Below are positions 53,960 to 64,000 of a stretch of 64,000 bases of DNA, one piece after another (the first letter of the stretch is position 1; every line of letters begins with the position of its first letter). This stretch comes from Eledone cirrhosa (lineage: Eukaryota), in the NCBI GenBank assembly GCA_964016885.1, contig OZ024740.1, positions 372,372,001-372,436,000 on the forward strand. Direction: 5' to 3'. A program made the position numbers and the translations under genes. The notes beneath the pieces are model-generated. The model saw only the letters and a program-made list of their open reading frames with translations, had not been told where the DNA came from and made no database searches.

Positions 53960-54720
53960 CTAATATTATTCTTTCTCTTTACATCATCCACATTCATGTT
54001 ATTTCTGTTTGTAGTTTTTTTATATTTGGATAGTTTCTTTATTTCTTTGGTATATATATTGTCATGTTTGGTGATTAATACATCAATTAGAAGGCATTAT
54101 TTTTGTTTGTTATCTGTGACTGTAATATCCGATTGGGTGGCTTTGATCTCCCTATCTGTGTGTATTGGTAAACCCCAAAGAATGGTTGATTTGTCATTCT
54201 CTGACATCCTTTTTAGTGTGAGTTTGTGCAAATCTTTTTCTGTTGGTATTCCGTATTGTTGGCATAACCTACAGTGTATGTAAATCCCAACACTATCATA
54301 TCTCTGGATACATTCCTGTTCAGCTAAGACTGGGTAGTCAGGGATAATTTGTTTCTTCCTCTCCTCCACGTAGTCTGCAGTTACGTACTGTGATCTGATG
54401 GCTTATGTACCTCTAGTGGTTTCTGGAGGGGAGGATTTACTCTTCTGCTGGAATGAGAACTTCTTCCGTCTTGGTTTTTGGTCCAGTGCTTTGTAGCCAT
54501 ATTTGTGAGTGTCTTTGTCTACTTCCTCTATCTTTAGTTGTTACGAGTATTGTCAAGGTTTGTCTTGCCATCGTCTTAACATGGCACTCTGGATGTCTGT
54601 GTTCAATTTAGAGTTTCTTTGTCGCAATTTCTCTTCTCGTGCCTGATATTGTTTCTTTTCCTTGCAGTATCTGGCTTCTGTTTTAAATTGTTGACTTCCT
54701 TGAAGACACAAGAATACTTT
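53960..54720 (-). mobile_element. R4/Dong-like LINE 3' fragment (restriction-like endonuclease), degenerate
   Basis: RYDSVGIYIH.RLCQQYGI..ENDKSTILW..PIHTDREIKA..DI.V.DNKQK then CLLIDV, matching the R4-clade RHD..ILWD..RPDI..IDV pattern. Confidence 0.7.
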
Positions 54721-54735
54721 TGTTCATGTTTCATG

Positions 54736-54792
<57 letters not shown>

Positions 54793-54848
54793 GCTACTAC
54801 TACTACTGCTGCTGCTGCTGCTTATATTATTATTATTATTATTATTAT
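54736..54848. repeat. (ACT)n(GCT)n(ATT)n compound microsatellite
   Basis: Seen directly in the sequence. Confidence 0.95.
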
Positions 54849-55043
54849 TGGCAACATCGGTAGAGAATCGGACGCCATGCTTTCCAGCATAGTTACGTCC
54901 CTTTACGGTCTGAGTTCAAATCCCGCCGAGGTTTACTTTGCCTTTCATCCTTACAGGGTCGATAAAATAAAGTACCAGTAATGCACTGGATAATTTCTGG
55001 CCTTGTGCCTAAAGTAGAAACAATTATTATTATTATTATTATT
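54848..55043 (+). mobile_element. tRNA-type SINE
   Basis: Same family, in (ATT)n context. Confidence 0.8.
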
Positions 55044-55699
55044 ATGATTTTTCTTTGATTTAGACGTATTTGAGTTGGCCCCTGTGAGTTTGTTGTTTTT
55101 CACCTGTCTTTAAAATAGTTTAAATTTCTGTAGCAATGTGAAAATAGGGCACCATTACATTGCCCTCAGAAAAGCACCCCATAATATTTGCAAAATACAC
55201 CCACAAATTGTTTTTTTTTTAAATGGGGGCGACATTTCCTCCATAATCCCAAAAGAGTGCAAAAATAATTTGCAGATGCTAAACATGACACAAGGTTTCA
55301 CCAAATGTTTAAAGAGTAATAATAACAACATCACAACCAACACCACCACAGTCACCATCACCTCTACGGAATCAATCAAGAAGGTCACCACCACTATCAC
55401 CACCACCACCATCATCAATAGCAATAACAAGAGGAACTTCAACAGCAACAACGACAAAAACAACGATAACAACCGCAAAAACAACGACAGCAAGAGCAAC
55501 AACCTCAATAACAATGGCAACATCATCAGCAGCAACAACAACAAAAGCAGCATTAACAAAGACAACAACAACAACAGCACCACAGAAACAACAACAGCTG
55601 CGACACAGCAGCAACAATATCAGCACCAACAACGGCATCAACAGCAGCTACAAAAGCACGTTTGCAGTAAGACTATGGAACTGTTCAATATAGACTTGA

Positions 55700-56470
55700 G
55701 TAGGGGAGAGGAATGCTTCGTTGCGGAAGCCAAACTTGTAACATTTGAGAAAACCTGGGCCAATGTAAGTGTTCCGCTTGAGGTATTGCCAGTGACAGAA
55801 AATACGCCAACATACAGATGTATCCCCACCGAGTCCAAAAGCTGAATCTGGTCCCAAATTTCTGCATCTGGTAGCATAACGGAAGATTCCCTAAATCTGT
55901 GAGTCGAGGTGCCATAATGCTGACGAGGAAAGACGAGAACAAGGTGGAATTGATAGATAATTTCCGGCCTATAACTCTGCTCAACAAATTGGTTGAGATT
56001 TTGGACAAGGTGCTAGTAACGAAGTTGGCACTTTTTGAAGAGACTGGTAGAAGAGGTGCAGACGTGCACTATCCCTACCTTGTCCGTACATGGCAACCTC
56101 CACCTTATGTGATACATCATAAGGAAGGTATGGAATATACCTGGCTTCTCTGTGTCCCTGATTAATCGAAAGCTTTCGATAGAGTCAGTCGAGCATCGAT
56201 ACCTAGAGGCTGTCCCAAAGGCAGCCGGCTTCGGCACCGTTTTAAGAGCCTGGATTGCTTGGTGTTCAAATTAAATAGCCACCTATCGGATCCATGGAAG
56301 TCAATCCGTGAAGAATGTCCTCTCTCCTCCGTTCTGTACGGACAAAAACTCGAGCCATTACTGCGGAAGCTGAAACTGTTACAGGACATAACGCAGGAGC
56401 TGGGACATGGAAGGGCTGCGTCGGTATATGAGGGCGATTTCGGCGTAATGGTGCCCAACACCTCGGAGAA
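55700..56470 (+). mobile_element. L1/Tx1-type LINE RT fragment, degenerate
   Basis: DNFRPITLLN..ILDKVL, SKAFDRV, SIREECPLSSVLY..LEPLLRKL. Confidence 0.75.
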
Positions 56471-56482
56471 ACAATTATTATT

Positions 56483-56864
56483 AGGGCGAAGGACATTGGC
56501 AGTATCGTGGAGCGTCGGACACCACACTCTATAGCGTAAAGTTACATCCCTTTTGGTTCTGAGTTCAAATACCGTCGAGGTTAGCTTTGCATTTCACCCT
56601 TATGGGTTCGATAAAGTAAAGCACCAGTAACGCGCTGGGGTCGGTTTAATCGATTTAACCCTCCGCCAAAATAGTTGGCCTTGTGCCTAAATCAGAAACC
56701 ATGAATTCGAATCCCGCCGATGTTAGCTTTGCCTTTCATCCTGAAGTGGTCGATAAAATAAAGCACCAGTAACACTGGTCAATGCCAATGTGTTACTGTT
56801 GCTTTATTTTAAGCGAGGCACCTTTAAATTGTTCGCCCTGTGCTTAAAATCAAAAACCATTATT
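56483..56864 (+). mobile_element. two tandem tRNA-type SINE copies (second partial)
   Basis: Same family motifs. Confidence 0.78.
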
Positions 56865-57439
56865 ATGTTTACTATTTCAATCTCTTCAGAAGCACTAAGG
56901 TAAAATATCGTAGAAAATCTGAAACTTTCATATTAAATTAACCCGACAGCAGGAATATGAAGACCAAACAAAATAATTAAGAGGATAATGATTATGATAA
57001 TAAAAGTGATGATAGTGGTGATGATGATGATAACAATGCCACAATAACAATAATAATAAGGACATCGCTGCTGAACGTGACACTTCATCAACATGGACAC
57101 GTTATTATCTTGTCATGTCCTGCAGTTAGAAACATTAAATAAACGTAATGCACAATAAAAATAATATTTATCGTATGAGATTTGTCCGGTTGTAGTATAT
57201 AAAGATTTAGTTTACAAAAATAAACATACTACTGGGATAATTGTAAACCCAACAAAGGAAGACAGTGGTGTTGCCTCAGAAAATACGATGACAATACTTA
57301 GAGAGCTAAAGGCTGATAGATTTCACACTTTCAAGATCCTCCGTTGTTCCACACACACATACACAGACAGGCACGCACACTCGTATACAACAAAACACGT
57401 ACATACATCTATTATCACTTATGGAAATATCTAAAAATA

Positions 57440-57742
57440 ATTATAATTGAATATAAAAGAGAGATAAACACAGATATATACATATATGTGTTCAAATCGT
57501 AAGGGATCAGATTCGCTAAGGTGAAACAAATACTAATTATGGACAATAGGGTTTGCCAGATTCAATTTAAGAATAAATCAAGAAAATAAATACAAACCGG
57601 AATTGTGGTAACTACCGATCACCTAGACATATATGCGTTTATCTCTCTTTTATATTCAATTATAATATACGGCTCGGAAAAATCTCTTCCTAGAGCTTTT
57701 TTATTGTAAGAGACTATTTTGAGTTTCTAACTCAAAATATAC
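57440..57742 (+). mobile_element. fold-back unit related to 5919-6450
   Basis: Inverted arms ~57442-57480 / 57629-57666 and a homologous tail. Confidence 0.5.
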
Positions 57743-59605
57743 CTTTGATATAAACATAAATATATATATTTCTATTTTTTGGAAATATAGACAGTTCACA
57801 CTATTAACACCTATATATACTATAAAAATGAAATTCTCACAAATAATTGTTTCTACTTTTATATAATTGTTTCTACTTTGATTCTCACAAATAATGACAC
57901 ATGATACTACTATAACGGAAAACAACACTAACACTAAAATACTAAAGTGAAAGCCGCATAATTTATAGGATTTTAGAAGCGAAAAGAATCAAGTTGCATA
58001 CTCGACCTATCTACACTCTACTTTAGCAGAGAGCCTCTATACAACCTAATAATATTTATCACTCCAACAAACTATACGATCTCAATATTCTAAATTTGGA
58101 AGGATAATATCTTTTGGAAAAGGTGGGACAAGCCCCACAGGATCTACTGGGACTGACTTGGTAGAAAACAAAAACAAGGATGAATACGAGAATGAAACTA
58201 ATTGAGAATTCTCAATTCAGTTAATTAAACATAGAAAATTAAACATAATCTATATTATAAAAGAATACCTGTTTCTCCGATCACACTTATATGTGTATAA
58301 TATGTATAATATTTTTTTGTTTTTTTTGTGGTTGTGTATGTGTGCGCGTGTTTCTGTATGTCCTTCAGCTTACAGACGATGTAACACAAACTCTAAAAAA
58401 AGATTTTCACTATAATGACAGATTATGCTGTCGTTATTATTGAGAGAGGAATACAGTGAGGACGTGTGTGTGTGTATGTATGTGTGTGTGAAAAATAGAT
58501 TGATTTTAAATTTGTTTCAAGAACAAAAAACAAAACAAACAGGCTGAAGTTTTTGCGAGTGACATATAGTGAGAGAAAGAGAGAGAGAGAGAGTGAGAGA
58601 GAGAGAGAGGGAGAGTATTCGGAAGATAGATGTAGAGCGTGTTCTCATCTTAGTAACTAACGAGTTTAGAAAACGCGTGAATTTTAAGTGTATATCTGTC
58701 AAAACGTGTCGAAGAAAAAGTCTGTGTGTGTATACATGTTTTTGTACGTCTTTCAACATATAGACAACACTACCCAGACATTAGAAAAATACCTTGACAT
58801 TTGTCCGTCACACATCTATTTGTATATATATATGTTTATATATAATACATGTCGTTATTCTTTTGCTTGTTTGTGTTTGTGTTTTTTATCGGCAGCTTAG
58901 TGGCGGGTAACGACATAGTAAATATTAATTAGAAACTATAATTAAATAGAAAAAATCCAACATTTGCGAGTTTTCTATAGCCTGACCCTTGTTTCTTTAC
59001 ATTGACGTTTATGGTACTCGAAGTGAAGCATCTGCGTGTGTATACCACCTAATCCCACCCAATCCTACCTAATGCAATTGCATTACATCTAAAATCATTG
59101 GTTCTAGAACTACAGCACTCAGAAACGCAGTCTCTACACAAACATGAATCAAATTATATTTCTCTTATTTAGGCGGTAATACAAAGGCTATGTATCCTGT
59201 TCTACCCTTCTCATTCCAATGAATAATTAAACAATATACATGTTGAGAATGCTTTCTCCCGTTGACACATAAATCAGTAAAATCGACGAAACCGACACTG
59301 CTAACTTCTCCTTAGTTATTTTATCGTAATTTTTCTCCTAAATATATAGCATTATAATATATTTCATATATATTTGATAAATATCTACGTGAAAATATAT
59401 ATCGATGTATGCATACATTTCTACATGCATACCCACATACCCAATTACATCTTCGTGTGGAAATCTTTAGGATTAAATCTTTAGGATTAAAGTGGAAATC
59501 TTTATGATTAAACAAATATTCACCGTATACAATTAAGCAATAACAGTGATTAAATCTAAAATGTGAAACACTGAGTGACACAAGAAAATATATTTTCTCA
59601 CCCTA

Positions 59606-59800
59606 AATAATTGTTTCTACTTTAAGCACAAGGCCAGCAATTACCCAGCACATTACTGGTACTTTATTTTATCGACCCCGTAAGGATGAAAGGCAAAGTT
59701 AACCTCGGCGGGATTTGAACTCAGATCATAAAGGGACGTAACTCTATGCTAGAAAGCATGGCGTCCAACCCTCTACCGATACTGCCAATCAACCACCCTT
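59606..59800 (-). mobile_element. tRNA-type SINE
   Basis: Well-preserved reverse-strand copy of the same family. Confidence 0.82.
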
Positions 59801-62800
59801 AATAATAATTTCTCACCCTAAATAATAATGCGAAATTTAGGAGAGTATGTATAGACATGCCTCAGCGAGAAATACATCAAAATAACAAAACATAAACCAA
59901 CCACAAAGAGCTTAGATAGCATCCTTCACACAACATTTTACTCAGAGATTTTGATACGTTTGAAAATCAAGGAGAGAAAACTCAACCCACAACGCAAAGT
60001 GTGTCGAGAAAATTGAAAATATATCCATAAATATCAATAGTAATTTGAAAACAAAAGTACGAATACAACAATATATACAAGCAACAATTAATTCAGAAAT
60101 GGAATAACAACTCCAAAATAGAATTTTAACAATTATTGATATTTCTATAGAATATAGCAAAAACGCCGCGATGATAAACCAATGAAGATTTCTGCCAAAA
60201 TAGAGATTCTGAAAGAAGAGCTTTTAACGTTTCTGATTCCAATAAAAATTAATCACATTAAAGCATTATTCATAATAAAATGCTGAATATGTAGTACTAC
60301 TAAAAGTAAAAATCTAAATTTAAATCTGACGCTCGAAAGCTTAACCAAAGGTGTTAATGTATTTTATAAAGGTTTTACATGATACATGAATGGCTAATAA
60401 TAGAAACAAACAATATTATTTATGTCCACATTAGTTGCACATTTAAAATATAAATGTGTTATATTAACAAAACAATCTATTATTATCTAATTAGGTTTGT
60501 ACCTATGAACCGTAAGTATATTTATATAAAAAAGATATTTACATGATTTTAAATGAGTGTAAATTCAGACTGACAAAATCCCACTGGCAATATAATAAAT
60601 GTAATACGAAAACAAACCCATCTCTTCCGTATGCTTCGGTATTAAATACAAAATTAATATGTACACAATCATATTCACGACAAATAATACTTTCCTAACT
60701 ATGACTGACTAAAAAATTCATCACCCTTGAAAGGAACTAAATAAAACAATTTTTCTATTGTCGAATTACAACGAACAAGTAAGTAGAGATGTTTAGAGAA
60801 GACATTTTAATATCGTTTCTTATTAATGAGAAAAACAAGCGATATATAAAAAAGGAAAACAGTTGAAATAAACTGCAATAGGATTGATGCATAAATAAGA
60901 TAAAATGAACACAATGAATAATCACTGTATAAGAAAGAATAATCGAGAAAAATAAATTAATATAAATACTGAAATAAATAAAGTAGCCAAGCGGAAAGAG
61001 ATGGCAAAACGGTTAGGTTAACAGGAAAATAAAACAAACGTAATGTCCTGAAACAAATACATATAATAGTATGTAATAACACCCTATACAAAATAAATAA
61101 ATATTTATTTCTTCCCTGGGCAAAATGCCAATACCTTAGTGGATTACACAAATTGGATATTACTATTACTGACGTGATAAACTTTAAAGAAGTGACAATC
61201 AAATTCTATTCAGGTAATATACTTTGAACTCAGAAAATACGGGGTCGAAGTAAATTCTGAAAAACTGGCATAGTGCCATATTTGTGAAAACTATCTTCAT
61301 AAATAAAAGGAAGTATTTTTAATTACAACAATGATACCTATCCTAGAGTATAGAGAGCAAACCATCGAAGAAAATATGTCCACTGTCTATGCAGAATTAT
61401 TGGATGTATACACTTTATAGATTTGACCAAATTTATATTTGAAATAAATAGAAGTTGTCTATCATAAGATATGTAAGGGGCATGGCATATAAAAGAATAA
61501 GATAATATGAGATAAAGTGATAAGCGTCACGAAAGTAAAACAAATATCACAAAGTGTAATATCAATAGAATTAAGTACATAAATATGGCAAAATATTAAA
61601 AATATAGTAGTATCATATACACAGTAACCAATGTATATTTAGAAACTCATATTTAGCTTTCCCGTTTGTGGATACTTGTTCATACGATGATGAACATCAT
61701 CCGTTTCGGCTAGAGGGAAAATACTAAGATTGAAATCAAAATAGTATTATATGCCAACTCACTGCATCCGAAGAAAAACATGTTACAAAAATATAAAACA
61801 AAATTATCCATCGTGAGGGATTAAGCTTATGAGTTACGAATAGTATAACTAAAAATAACTGACTCTAGCCAATGCTTCTAAAAGATTAGTTATCCACTTT
61901 GGAATAGAAAACACATACAGTGAATCATATTGAGTAGTTAAAAATAAGGAAGCACAACCTATGCTGCTTTGTGAATTACACATATCTACTATGCTTATTT
62001 CAAATAGCTTCTGCGATAAAACTACAGACAAAATAATCTAGCCGTAAGACAACAATGATGTAGAATCTTTGGCATTTTAAATTATTCTGTTGCAAGTATT
62101 GAGAGCTGAATTTATAAGTTTTATAGCAGTTTGATATATAGTTGCATGCATCTGAATACCATATTCTCGTTTCAACTTAAGAATCGCACTTAAGCACGGT
62201 GTTGAATTATTTTCTGAATTTATTCATCTTGCCGAACTAAATACTCTTGCATAACCTTCTCAGAACTTGCAACATTCAGTAGGATTAACTGTATCGATTT
62301 ATTAAAATGATCTGACATTACTATATGTTCTGAAGCTTTTCCTCTCACATATGAGTAAAATAAAAATATGCAAGCCAGTCTTCAAGAAAATTATATAACG
62401 TTTATCCAGACTAAATTCATCAAGATCGGTTGAAAGCATAAGTTATATGGCAGCTCGAAGGAGGTAAATAAAACTTTAATGCCCCTTTTCTCTTTGCACC
62501 TAACGATACGTTTTATATAAAGTGATAGTTCTATAATTAGAGAGTAGTATGGCAATATATTGCGTTTTATTTCCGGGAGCAAACTACAAAGATAAAACCA
62601 AAACAATTACTCAGAAACGTAAAAAGATATTACTTGGAATGAAAGAAAGAGAAATAGAAATATATCAAGGGGCTTTAAAATGAAATTGATATTGGGGGAT
62701 TTCAGTTGTGCAATAACATTAGGGATAAAAATGCATGAACTTTATTTCCATCTTATTAAAATGCCATCACGGATTCTTAAAAGAGATATTGTCAAGTTGT

Positions 62801-63523
62801 CAAGTTATGTTTTCTTAACGTAACGCAGTGAATTTCTAATCTATCATTAGAACTCTTCTTATACTTAAAAAGTAACTACTTATCAAATTTTAAGCGAAGA
62901 GAGAAAGTTATTTCGAAGCATTTCCAAAACTAGGGATTATAAAAATATAGCTTCCAGTTATAACTACCAGTATACATATTCTAAATTTAATCATTCGAAA
63001 GAGTAATGTTGATATTCGTAAATGTTGAAATTATTCTCCAATTCCTAACAACAAAGACCTAACATTTCCTACGTCACTAACATTCTCTCAAATCCGAATG
63101 TATTTTAAGAGCGTAAATGACGGGTTCGAATATTCTAGCAGATTGCAACACTTCTGAGAGACATGATCAACTTAAATGCGGGAAGTTTTGAATATAATGT
63201 AAGAAAGAGATATATAGACTGACCTTCTCGTATATTATCTGACGTTGGTAACAGACGGTCAAAAAATTAAGAAAGCGACGAGATAAAAATAATAATTATA
63301 TTACAATCAGTGCGAGATAATATTCACAGTCACACGAGCAGTCACTAATAACAGTCAAATGTTCATAAAACCTCAGACCTTTAATAAATATTCTATAATA
63401 TTGGCCCATATAAAATGCCTGAAAACAAATAATCGGATAGATACGAATGGGAAATATTTGACCATAGATATGTATGATAATGGATGCATTCAGACACACA
63501 TACTGACAAACAGACAGACACAT

Positions 63524-63557
<34 letters not shown>

Positions 63558-64000
63558 GCGGCCTGCCCGCCCAGCCAGTGGGATGGCATCATCATATGGC
63601 TAAAACAGCACGTGCTGTGACCAGCGACGCCGATTGGCGCCCGACTGGTCGGTCAAAGTGATCAAGGTGATATATATATTAAAAAGTGTTGAATAACAAT
63701 TAATCGTTTCAGGTAAGTGGAATGATATTTGATACATGATCAAATCTGTTATGTCACGATAAAATCAAGTTGTGAATGCGTGCCAACCATAATCTTCTAC
63801 CAATACAACCAAATTATTTGCTGCTGTTTGTCAATGGGTTTATTTCGACCAAGAAAGAAAGATTTAAAATTTTGACCGTCGCGTTTTAGGGGGTGTGTGG
63901 GATTATATTATCTAGCTTGGTCATTCCTTTTTAAGCTGTTCCAACGTGGTTTCATGAATATTTCGCCGTTGCTTATTGTAGGGCAAACGACTAGAGGGAG

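Noticed and set aside
55138-55845. 235-aa ORF rich in N/T/Q
   Set aside because: Mostly degenerate (AAC)/(CAC) repeats running into a LINE fragment; no domain recognised
59880-61850. Possible highly decayed LINE (FIDLTK-like remnant near 61415); similar impression at 49450-51100
   Set aside because: No sustained reading frame or motif series that I can support without a translated search

Overview
AT-rich animal genomic DNA with no recognisable intact host gene. The (TA)n/(CA)n load and the SINE family suggest a cephalopod (Octopus-like) genome; this is inference. The first ~46 kb is a mosaic of (TA)n arrays hosting Penelope-like elements (PLEs). These comprise one near-complete RT+GIY-YIG element with pseudo-LTRs (501-5229), a second family in inverted/tandem arrangement (28.4-34.8 kb), 3' fragments, and many short fold-back non-coding units. 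Reading both strands gives about 20 type-I hammerhead ribozyme (HHR) motifs from roughly 9 sequence families, intact or decayed. They include a textbook full HHR (16092-16173, minus strand), an HHR with a ~100-nt stem II, HHRs on both arms of repeated palindromic units, and a 430-bp HHR-bearing tandem monomer that looks like a retrozyme. Also present are two Chapaev3-like DNA transposons (CAC TIRs, TWA TSDs, RAG1/Transib-type motifs), an RTE LINE with a twin-priming 5' inversion and 11-bp TSD, a probable non-autonomous Helitron, a ~430-bp-arm foldback element, CR1, R4/Dong and L1/Tx1 fragments, and about 14 tRNA-type SINE copies. Boundaries were read by eye and are approximate unless a TSD or TIR is quoted.
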